30,923 bases of DNA from an uncultured archaeon. GTDB taxonomy: Archaea; Asgardarchaeota; Thorarchaeia; Thorarchaeales; Thorarchaeaceae. The notes under the pieces were generated by a model. It saw only the letters and a program-made list of their open reading frames with translations, did no database searches and was not told the DNA's origin. Shown here piece by piece: positions 1 through 8,149 of the stretch. The position numbers and the translations under genes are program-made. How positions within the stretch are numbered: position 1 is the first letter of the stretch; each line of letters starts with the position of its first letter. The stretch spans positions 14,622 to 45,544 of the forward strand of contig CAYYQL010000018.1 of the NCBI GenBank assembly GCA_964473825.1. Direction: 5' to 3'.

Positions 1-3000
1 GGATGGGGCACTTGGAACTGGACGAATGCAGTACATGTCTACAATGAAAGCGATGGACTCCACTTCAGGATTCATGTCAATACGATGTTTTGGCAAATGA
101 ACGTCACGGATTCCGCATACACCGTTGTCGTGACTGCTCATACTGATCCCTATATCGACCCAACTCCACTTACATTCTATATCACTGTAAAGGCCACATC
201 AACAACACTCGGAAAGAGCACGAGCGCCATCGACGAGTTCTATAAGACACACGAAACTCACGACTTCTGGCTAACCATCAGTACTCCAACTGTCACAAAT
301 TTGACAGACCTGGATGTACACACATACCTTGTCAAACTGGGTGCCACGAACGTGAGCTGGGGCGAGCTGACAGATAATGGCGACTACTACACCTTGCCTA
401 CCAGTGCTCTGCATGGATTGCCTGTGGGATTCTATACAGTCACGATTGCTCTGTCGAAGCAGAACTATGTCAACAGGACGGTTGTCCTAGATGTCAATAT
501 CGACCCTGTCCCGATGATGGTAGATTCGTTGATTGCGAACAGCTACCTCTGGGACACTGGAAGTGAAATCATTGCCTTCGAGTTCATAAACGACCTGAAC
601 GGAAGCAATCCCGAACTCTCGGGGGTTACAGTGACGTTACAGTGGTTCACTGGCAGCTGGGTATCTATTTACAATATGACACCTCGGACACTCAGTCCAA
701 CGCTTGGAACCTACACAACGACCTTCCCCTCTGATTTGTTGGATGCTAGTGCCGATTATTTCTTGCGGGTCACCTGTTCTAAAGCCAATTACGAGACAGC
801 CGCGGCTAACTCCTCATCGCTCCATGTTAGTCCTGCACCAACGACTCTTGATATCGTGAGTTCATCCACAACAATTGTGGACTGGCTAGATGCTGGCATG
901 TTTGACCTCTCATTTGTTCGTGATAGCGGGAGTGTGGGCCTGTCCGGTGCTTCTATAACGAACAACTGGACCCAGCCGATGTCAGTGAGTTATCAGGGCT
1001 CTGGCACCTACAGGCTGAGTTTTGATACGTCAGTACCCTCGGGTTCCTATACCATTGATCTGGCCTTTTCTCTGGCAAACCACGTTGATGGTCTGGCTCA
1101 AGTCGAACTGACTGTCCGGATTCCATTGCTGATTGAGGCGGATTTCAGTTCAATAGAGAATTCACTTGAGACCTATTGGACCCATTCTTTCGATATCAAT
1201 ATCACCCTCTACGACCAATCGAGAACCGACACTCACGTGGTGGCCGCAGCTATCACCTACTCGTGGTATATGGAGTCAGTGATTGATCAGAGCGGAACAC
1301 TGACAGAAGGGCCCTCAGGGCTCTACTATATGACTCTGAATGCAAATGATGCCCTTCCAAACGACCTCTCCTATATCGATGACTACTACACCATTGTGCT
1401 CACGGCTGAGAAGTCGGGATGCACCACCGCAGTATCCACAATCTACGTGGTGATCAGTTCAACTCCTAATGAGATTGTGTTGGCTCAAGATTACTATGAG
1501 CAGTTCTATGATGACACATTCGACGTTTCGTTCTACTGGAATAACACCCTGGATAATGCCCCGATAACCGAGTTCGAGACCGCAACTTATGCCGTTTTAG
1601 ATATCTCAGCCAACGTCACAACCGGTGTGAACGAAGGTACAGGATGGTACACCATCAGCCTCAACACCAGAGAACTGGGCATGATTGCAGCGGTCCAAGG
1701 GTCGGTATACGTCTTACGCATCAGGATGACACTTAGCGGGTTTGAGTCCCACGAGCTAACAACCGTGGTGGTTCTGATTCGAGAGGCTCCGACTGCTCTC
1801 ATCATAGAAGAGATTAGTGAAGTGAACTGGAGCGACCAACTGGAGATAGTGGCCCGTCTCTGGGACACAGAGCATAACGTATTGGTCGATGGCCCCGCAG
1901 AGGCCACTCTCATGGTTTACGGTACCGACTACAGTCAAGTTGCCAGCAACAATGGTTCTGGAATATTCATTTGGACGGTCCAGACCGATGACTGGTTCAG
2001 CGGGAGCACAGAGTACCTCTTCGAGTTCGCGTACTCGCTTGAGAACTATGTTGATGGCTCAAACTCAACAAACATCTACCTGAACCCGATTCTCGCAGTG
2101 ATCACGAAGGATGTATCGCAAACAACCCCCATTTCTGTGGTCTGGAGTGAGGAGTTCGGCCTTCGAGTTAATGTTAACCAAGACTACGGTACACTGAGCA
2201 GTCCCATCAATGGTCTGACTGTAACGTACACATGGCTGGGCACATCCGTTTCTGGTGTCTTCACAGGCATTGGCAATGGTGGATATATCACCACAGTCAA
2301 CTCCAGCGAGATTCCTGTTGGCGAATATGTGCTTGTGGTTGATACATCTAACCAGAACTACACCTTCAGTAGCTGGAGTGTAGATGTCACGGTGAGTCCT
2401 GTGCTAGCCGACCTTCATCCGAGCCAGAGCTCCTTTGAGGGGATCTATGGTGGGTCTGCCTTCACAGTACGGTTGACGTACAACATCAGCTCAGGCATGA
2501 CTTTCGCTGGTCGCATCCTTGAGAATGCTGGAGTGGTTTCAGACTTCGGTGGCGGTCAGGTTGGAACTTGGGATGCATCAACGGGGACTTACAGGTTTGT
2601 TATTGATCCAACGACGCTGGATGCTGACCTGATACCTGGCGTCTTCACGGTTAATTTCACGGCCACACTGGAGAACTACACCACGGCCACGATACAAGTC
2701 ATCTTGGACATTTCGGCATCGACGAGTCTAACTGTGCCGAACATCCAAGTACAAATCGGTCAGACTGCCACAATATACGTGAATTACTATGATAGCACGA
2801 AGGCTCAACAGGTACCGTTCGACGCAGTGACCTCGCTGACATTGACAACACCTCTCGCTGAGTTCTCAAAGGATGACTTCCAAGTTGCAGATGACGGTCG
2901 GTACTACCTAGAGATATCCCCGTCACAGATTGGAGAAATCAGCAGTGAGCCCTACACACTTACAGTGAGTGTTATAGCTGACGGCTATGAGCGCCAGATT

Positions 3001-3912
3001 GGTGTCAGCGCCGAGGCTCGTGTCATAGAAACTCAGTATACAATTCCTCTCGTCGTTACCACGCTTGTCATTCCACAGTCTCAGCTCTTCTTATTCCTGA
3101 TGATGATAGGTGGCTTCATCGTGGTCGGTACCGTAGTCACGGCGGTGCGGAGATGGAGAATGCCCTACCAGATCAAGCAGATCAACTCGGCTCTCAAGGA
3201 CATCGAAGACAACAAGAGAGCTAAGGTTGAGGGCATCAAGAACATGGGGATGGTAGTTTCAGAGCTCCTAGCTCCAGGTCTTGCAAATCTCGATATTGAA
3301 ACGCCGCATATCGATGTCGCCCCAGAAGTTGGTTACGAGGAAATTCTCGGCGAGGATACTGAAGACCTCTTGGGCGAACTCGACGCCTTGGATGAAGTTG
3401 GGGAAGAGGGTGCGGCTGACTTAGACGACGTTGAGGTGCGGGACTACGAGGCCGAGCTTGAGGCAGAACTCGAGTCAGTAGAGGAAGGCGCAGAGGTAGA
3501 GGTTGACGAAGAAGCTGAAGCAGAAGTTGAATCCGAGACAGAAGCTGAGGAAGAAGCTGAAACAGATGCTGAGAGTGCCGAAGAGCCATCTGAGGTCCCT
3601 GAACTTGAGGAGGAAACTGAAGCGGAAATCGAGCCTGAGGAAGAAATAGACGCAGATTTCGAACCTGAACCAGAGGAGGAGGTCGAGGCGGAAGAAGAAC
3701 CCTCTGAAGAAGAAGCCGAGGTCGAGCCCGAGGATGCAGCAACTGAAGAAGAGCCCGATTCAGAACCCTCTGAGGATAATCGAAAGATGGAGCTCATCGA
3801 GAAACTTCCCGACGAAATCAGAGAGGCTATCCCAACCGAGGATCTGAAGCTGCTTAGCATTGAGGAATTGGAGGCACTTCTCGAATCTGATGCCGAGTTT
3901 CTAGGAGAATAA
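1..3912 (+). CDS. Giant single-pass cell-surface protein with tandem Ig-like/beta-sandwich repeats, C-terminal TM helix and acidic cytoplasmic tail (5'-partial)
   Basis: Frame is open from position 1 (GWGTWNWTNAVHVYNES...), so the true start probably lies upstream of the window. About 9 repeats of ~105-115 aa share G-x-Y...Y-x-[LIV]...[KL]-x-[NG]-Y; many N-x-S/T sequons; hydrophobic helix LFLFLMMIGGFIVVGTVVTAV followed by RRWR; Glu-rich tail. Confidence 0.85.
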   Translation, partial: GWGTWNWTNAVHVYNESDGLHFRIHVNTMFWQMNVTDSAYTVVVTAHTDPYIDPTPLTFYITVKATSTTLGKSTSAIDEFYKTHETHDFWLTISTPTVTNLTDLDVHTYLVKLGATNVSWGELTDNGDYYTLPTSALHGLPVGFYTVTIALSKQNYVNRTVVLDVNIDPVPMMVDSLIANSYLWDTGSEIIAFEFINDLNGSNPELSGVTVTLQWFTGSWVSIYNMTPRTLSPTLGTYTTTFPSDLLDASADYFLRVTCSKANYETAAANSSSLHVSPAPTTLDIVSSSTTIVDWLDAGMFDLSFVRDSGSVGLSGASITNNWTQPMSVSYQGSGTYRLSFDTSVPSGSYTIDLAFSLANHVDGLAQVELTVRIPLLIEADFSSIENSLETYWTHSFDINITLYDQSRTDTHVVAAAITYSWYMESVIDQSGTLTEGPSGLYYMTLNANDALPNDLSYIDDYYTIVLTAEKSGCTTAVSTIYVVISSTPNEIVLAQDYYEQFYDDTFDVSFYWNNTLDNAPITEFETATYAVLDISANVTTGVNEGTGWYTISLNTRELGMIAAVQGSVYVLRIRMTLSGFESHELTTVVVLIREAPTALIIEEISEVNWSDQLEIVARLWDTEHNVLVDGPAEATLMVYGTDYSQVASNNGSGIFIWTVQTDDWFSGSTEYLFEFAYSLENYVDGSNSTNIYLNPILAVITKDVSQTTPISVVWSEEFGLRVNVNQDYGTLSSPINGLTVTYTWLGTSVSGVFTGIGNGGYITTVNSSEIPVGEYVLVVDTSNQNYTFSSWSVDVTVSPVLADLHPSQSSFEGIYGGSAFTVRLTYNISSGMTFAGRILENAGVVSDFGGGQVGTWDASTGTYRFVIDPTTLDADLIPGVFTVNFTATLENYTTATIQVILDISASTSLTVPNIQVQIGQTATIYVNYYDSTKAQQVPFDAVTSLTLTTPLAEFSKDDFQVADDGRYYLEISPSQIGEISSEPYTLTVSVIADGYERQIGVSAEARVIETQYTIPLVVTTLVIPQSQLFLFLMMIGGFIVVGTVVTAVRRWRMPYQIKQINSALKDIEDNKRAKVEGIKNMGMVVSELLAPGLANLDIETPHIDVAPEVGYEEILGEDTEDLLGELDALDEVGEEGAADLDDVEVRDYEAELEAELESVEEGAEVEVDEEAEAEVESETEAEEEAETDAESAEEPSEVPELEEETEAEIEPEEEIDADFEPEPEEEVEAEEEPSEEEAEVEPEDAATEEEPDSEPSEDNRKMELIEKLPDEIREAIPTEDLKLLSIEELEALLESDAEFLGE

Positions 3913-3926
3913 ATCTGATGAACCAC

Positions 3927-3975
3927 AAAAGGTCGGAAGCCTTAGCTTCCTTCCTTTTCTTTCTCTTTTCTCTTG
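3927..3975 (+). terminator. Putative terminator: stem-loop plus pyrimidine tract
   Basis: aaaagg-tc-ggaagc-ctta-gcttcc-tt-cctttt hairpin followed by a T/C-rich run, starting about 15 nt after the stop codon. Confidence 0.65.
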
Positions 3976-4255
3976 AATGACGTTATGTAGTGTCAAGTAC
4001 AAACAGGATAGCGATATAAGCGATTCACAGGAAGACATTCTAGAGCATCAAAAGAGTGGGAACTATAGTTTGGTGAATGTAGGCCATTTGCTTACACAGC
4101 TCCCAGCTAGTCAAGATTGACGGGCTTTTCCGTCATTGCCCCCACTTTACTTGTGCTCATACAGTGAACCGAGAATGCTTCTATCTGTAGGAAGCACAAG
4201 ATAGCCCAATGCTTCAAACTGGACGAACTCTCTCATATATGGACCGTGTAGAAAC

Positions 4256-5137
4256 ATGATTCGCGAGATATACGTGTTCAAGGAAGGACAGACCCTTTTC
4301 AAAGATGTTATTGTCCCAAACAACGACCTTGACACGGATGCGGTTATGATGCTTGTTTCTTCTTCGGCCATGAAGCTCCAAGAGTGGAAGATAGACAGTA
4401 TGGAGATCGAGCGATTTCGATATGTATACATGAATTCACATGATACCCAATTCATTGTCACAATGGATCGTCAGGCTTCGTTGCAGAAGGTGACGGAGGC
4501 CATGATGAACATGGTTTCAAAATTCATGACTGCCTTTGAGAGCGTCCTAGAGTCTGACGAATGGAAATCGACAGACTTCTCTCCCTTCAAGGTCGGATTT
4601 CGCTCTCTTGTAGGCCGGATTCCCGTGAAGGTATGTCTTGCCGGACATGGTGGAACTGGTAAGACCACTCTTCTTGAGCTCGCAACTCTGCCCTCCCAAG
4701 GCCCCCCTCAGGAGTATGTTCCAACTTTCTTTGGTGACAAGGCTCTACTTAAGGCGGACTTCGACCCCTATGTTTTTAGTATGTTCGACCTCGGAGGTCA
4801 AGACAGGTTTGTGCAGGAGTGGGGGAAGATTATTCGTGCAGGAAGCATGGTTATCCTGGTCACTGATTCTACCGAGGAGAACATGGCTTGGACGAAACGT
4901 GTAGCATACCCCGTGCTGAAGTCTGAATTACCTTATGCGCGTGCAGTCGCAATAGCCAACAAACAGGACTTGAAGGGGGCACTCTCACCTGAAGAAGTTG
5001 GCCGACGCTTGGATGTTCCAGCATATGGAATGCAGGCAAATAAGAGGGATTTTCGTGACCGGTGGCTCAAGCTGTTGAAAGGTGTGGCGTTTGAAACATT
5101 GGAATACAGAATCGTCAATGAGATAGAGGTCGAATAA
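4256..5137 (+). CDS. Longin-like domain fused to an Arf-like small GTPase
   Basis: G1 GHGGTGKTT, G2 YVPT, G3 FDLGGQDRF, G4 ANKQD, G5-like GMQA. The N-terminal ~120 aa show the beta-beta-alpha-beta-beta-beta-alpha-alpha pattern typical of longins (MIREIYVFKEGQTLF...YVYMNSHDTQFIVTMD...). Confidence 0.88.
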   Translation: MIREIYVFKEGQTLFKDVIVPNNDLDTDAVMMLVSSSAMKLQEWKIDSMEIERFRYVYMNSHDTQFIVTMDRQASLQKVTEAMMNMVSKFMTAFESVLESDEWKSTDFSPFKVGFRSLVGRIPVKVCLAGHGGTGKTTLLELATLPSQGPPQEYVPTFFGDKALLKADFDPYVFSMFDLGGQDRFVQEWGKIIRAGSMVILVTDSTEENMAWTKRVAYPVLKSELPYARAVAIANKQDLKGALSPEEVGRRLDVPAYGMQANKRDFRDRWLKLLKGVAFETLEYRIVNEIEVE

Positions 5138-5138
5138 T

Positions 5139-5708
5139 ATGGATATTTCAGAGGAATCCTCACGAAACGTAATGGACGAGAAGGAACGTAAGAGGCTCAT
5201 TACCGAGATTGGACGAATTAAGGAGGTTCTTGACAGTTTCAAATACGGACTGAACTTCGAGGAGTTTGCGGATGAGGTTTTCAAGACTGTGAATCGTCAG
5301 ACAGTGGTAGTCAAGCGTCTGGAGTCGACGATGCTTCAAATTATGGATCGGATGAATGCCTTGGAAACGAAGCTGGATGAAGGAATAGAAGTCCGAGTGG
5401 CTTCCGTTTCGGGCGACCTGGAGATTGGTGAGAGCAGAACGGGGGTCACCACTGACGTGGCGATGGAATCGGAGGGTGATGTGGTTTCAGAGGGGGAAAT
5501 AGAGCGAAGTCGAAAGCAACTTGAGAGCGAGGCATCCGAATTAGAGATGAAGATTAGCCGCTTATTTGAGAAAGAAAACGAGCTGTTGGAAATGGGCCTG
5601 AATGATCCTGCTAGTGCGGAGGAATATGAGGAAAAGGCACGAGTGGCCAGAGAGATGCGCTTAGACTTAAAGAATCAGCTCAAGATTATCAAGCAAGAAC
5701 TAGACTAA
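5139..5708 (+). CDS. Hypothetical alpha-helical/coiled-coil protein
   Basis: Starts 1 nt after the GTPase stop; two heptad-rich helical regions separated by an acidic linker. Confidence 0.8.
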   Translation: MDISEESSRNVMDEKERKRLITEIGRIKEVLDSFKYGLNFEEFADEVFKTVNRQTVVVKRLESTMLQIMDRMNALETKLDEGIEVRVASVSGDLEIGESRTGVTTDVAMESEGDVVSEGEIERSRKQLESEASELEMKISRLFEKENELLEMGLNDPASAEEYEEKARVAREMRLDLKNQLKIIKQELD

Positions 5709-5723
5709 TCAGGTGATTTGAAA

Positions 5724-6089
5724 ATGGGATTATTCGATCGGTGGAGAAGAAAGAAAGAAGACAAGAGAGACACTAGGGTCAAAGGGCGGGAGATACTTAC
5801 AAGTCAACCGCCCTCTGCAAGAGTGAAGCAAGTACAGGATCTTTCACCCGAGGGTCAAAGCCAGTTGGCTGCCCTCGTTGCAGAATATGAGCGTCTGAAA
5901 AAGCGCCGAGAGGAGCTTCAAGATGAACGTGGCCAACTCACAGAGCGACTTGACCGGGGAGAACTTACACCCATCGCGTTCAGGAAGGAGCTTATGTCCC
6001 GCATTCAGGAAGCCTCTAGAGTCACGGAGAATCTGAAAACAACCTCTTCAAAACTGGCTTCTATGGGTTATCGGGGCATTCTTCACTGA
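5724..6089 (+). CDS. Small protein with basic/amphipathic N-terminus and C-terminal helical hairpin (steadiness-box/CdvA-like)
   Basis: AGGTGA SD at 5711-5716; ATG at 5724 gives MGLFDRWRRKK; hairpin turn LTERLDRGELTPIAFRKEL. Confidence 0.75.
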   Translation: MGLFDRWRRKKEDKRDTRVKGREILTSQPPSARVKQVQDLSPEGQSQLAALVAEYERLKKRREELQDERGQLTERLDRGELTPIAFRKELMSRIQEASRVTENLKTTSSKLASMGYRGILH

Positions 6090-6100
6090 GGTGAGGAACA

Positions 6101-7531
6101 CTGTCCGACGAACACGACAGTCCTCAAGAGAATACAGAACCCTCTGGTATTGAGGAAGAGACCAAGCGTCTGATAGACGAAGCCACGGCTGGAGATGGCC
6201 CTAGATTCGGTACTGATAAGGGCACTGCGTCGCGAGCGAAGCTTGAGGTGGGGCCTGAAGAAGGCTCTGCCGCAAGACTGATTGACGAAACATTTGCCCG
6301 AATACAGGTCAGAATGGAGGATCTTCTCTCAACTGTTGAAGATAGCCTTAGGTCCACACAGGATGGACTTGACGGACAAGTCAACAAGGTCATAGAAGAT
6401 CTATCCTCAAAGTTGAAGGCAGCCGGTCTCGGTGTCTTCACCACGAAGGCTGTATCCATCGTCAAAGAAGAGGTACAATCAGGTCTATCGAGTAAGGCGG
6501 TTCTGTCAGCAGTATTTGACACGATTGGCGAGGTACGCGATGAAGTTGGCGATATCGTGACCAAGGCCAGCAGAGGAGCCGTCCGCAGCGTCGGAGAGAC
6601 AACCGTCAATCTTCGGTCAAGGTTAGTGCGGCTTCATGCCCGACTCAGTGAGAAGGAGCAAGACCTCGAAGCTGCTCTGGCCAATATTGGGCAACTACGT
6701 TCTCGTGTTGCTGAACTCAAGGTGATGCTTTCATCAAAGACTGAGGCAACGGCTGGGAGTCAACAGGAGGTTTCTCGTCTAAAGCAGGTGGTATCGAATC
6801 TTGAGGAGGCTCTTGAGACGCGGGATGCCTCGATATCAACACTCAAGGGAGAACTCCAACAGGCAAACTCACAGATTGACGAGCAACGAAATCTACTCGC
6901 GAAATTAGATTCGGCCGAGGAACTTGTAACCGACTACGAAGAGAAGACAAGAGAGGTTTCCGTACTCAAGGGAAGACTTGCTGAAGCCAATGAAACAATC
7001 TCTCAGAGGGATTCAACAATCGACATTCTTCGAGAGGAGGTTGGACGACTCAGCAATTCAACGGAACAGATGAGTGCCAAGATTGGTGAGTTTGAAGAGA
7101 ACCTCGCTATTCTTCGCGGAGAACGTGAAGCCGCGAAGACTGAAGTCGAGCAGCTCACGGCCCAGATTACTGAGCTCGAGGCTCGGTGGGACACGCTTTA
7201 TCAGGTTGCCGAGGAGGAACCCGGCTTCAAGGCCTATTTTGTTGTTGCAGACAAGAAGCACTGGTTTGAGCTCTCTCATCTCTCATCGGCACTTGGAGTA
7301 CCGGTCGTGTTACTGAAGCGACAGCTTCAGAAGTTCATTGATGCCGGTCTTCTGGAGATTGATGGAGAACGCATCCGTCCCCGTAATCTCTCTGAAGTGG
7401 CTCAAGAGGCCGCAGGTGTTGATGAGAAGCTTCTCGAGGATGCAAAGGCTGGTCTAGATGCCGCCAGTTCGCAGGACCCCGAGGATGAAGTGATTCAGTC
7501 TGAAGAGGAATCGGGAAGAAAACAACGATAG
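6101..7531 (+). CDS. Long coiled-coil protein with C-terminal winged-helix/HTH domain
   Basis: Probable CTG start at 6101, after a GAGGTGA SD and in frame with the 6248 ORF (MSDEHDS...). About 190 aa of continuous heptads, then FKAYFVVADKKHWFELSHLSSALGVPVVLLKRQLQKFIDAGLLEIDGERI (wHTH pattern). Confidence 0.8.
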   Translation: MSDEHDSPQENTEPSGIEEETKRLIDEATAGDGPRFGTDKGTASRAKLEVGPEEGSAARLIDETFARIQVRMEDLLSTVEDSLRSTQDGLDGQVNKVIEDLSSKLKAAGLGVFTTKAVSIVKEEVQSGLSSKAVLSAVFDTIGEVRDEVGDIVTKASRGAVRSVGETTVNLRSRLVRLHARLSEKEQDLEAALANIGQLRSRVAELKVMLSSKTEATAGSQQEVSRLKQVVSNLEEALETRDASISTLKGELQQANSQIDEQRNLLAKLDSAEELVTDYEEKTREVSVLKGRLAEANETISQRDSTIDILREEVGRLSNSTEQMSAKIGEFEENLAILRGEREAAKTEVEQLTAQITELEARWDTLYQVAEEEPGFKAYFVVADKKHWFELSHLSSALGVPVVLLKRQLQKFIDAGLLEIDGERIRPRNLSEVAQEAAGVDEKLLEDAKAGLDAASSQDPEDEVIQSEEESGRKQR

Positions 7532-7571
7532 CTAGCTGAGTTGGATTCACAACCTCAGATAAAGGAGAGCA

Positions 7572-7922
7572 ATGATATTGACACGGTCACTGGACGACAC
7601 AATGCGTTTTCTTGAGAATTACACGCTCGCTTGGCATCATTGGCTAATCGTGTTGTCACTGTTGAAACTTGGAGGAGCTGCGACAAAAGGACAAATCATG
7701 CCAGCGTTCAAGAAGGAGGGATTCTCCCCTCACGCAATCAATGAGGTATTTCGGACTGATTTGATTGAGCTAGGCCAGGCAGTCGAGGTAGAAGGAGGGA
7801 CCCATAGTATTCAACCGGACACGATGATCTATCTTACAGAAAATCCCAAGTTCAGGTCATTTGTAAAGAAGAATCTGAAATCCGTTGTTCGAACACTCAA
7901 GAGACGAACTCCAGATGCTTAG
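7572..7922 (+). CDS. Small hypothetical protein, probable winged-helix fold
   Basis: AAGGAG SD upstream; pattern IVLSLLKLGGAATKGQI...DLIELGQAVEV...IYLTE resembles helix-helix-helix-wing. Confidence 0.7.
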   Translation: MILTRSLDDTMRFLENYTLAWHHWLIVLSLLKLGGAATKGQIMPAFKKEGFSPHAINEVFRTDLIELGQAVEVEGGTHSIQPDTMIYLTENPKFRSFVKKNLKSVVRTLKRRTPDA

Positions 7923-8149
7923 AATCTTACATATCTCTAAAAGAATCAAGTCTTTACATGTAAGAAATGTGTAAGATTTCCTCCTTGTTGGTATATTGTG
8001 TCGGTCATGGCGGTGGAGAGGTGGAACGCAGAAGTCTCTTGCAGGCGACGTTCACTCACCAAACTGTAAGAAACAGATTTTATATTGCCAACGTGATTTC
8101 AGGCACAACTCTTTTCTTGAGATTACATCTTTGGAAGGCTGGGATTTCG

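Noticed and set aside
3460-3780. gaagaagctga-like repeats as a tandem repeat or CRISPR array
   Set aside because: Irregular low-complexity Glu/Ala/Pro codons inside a CDS; no constant repeat-spacer period.
3236-3926. Antisense Ser-rich and Leu/Pro/Arg-rich ORFs (160 and 168 aa)
   Set aside because: Shadow frames of the GAA/GAG-rich acidic tail on the + strand.
6101-7531. SMC/Rad50/Wadjet or ESCRT-III assignment for the coiled-coil protein
   Set aside because: No Walker A/B or signature motifs, no hinge, and no Snf7-like size or pattern.
7967-8149. N-terminal extension of the DUF35 ORF
   Set aside because: The domain begins at MTIKASKC (8150); the extension overlaps repeat-containing intergenic DNA and is not protein-like.
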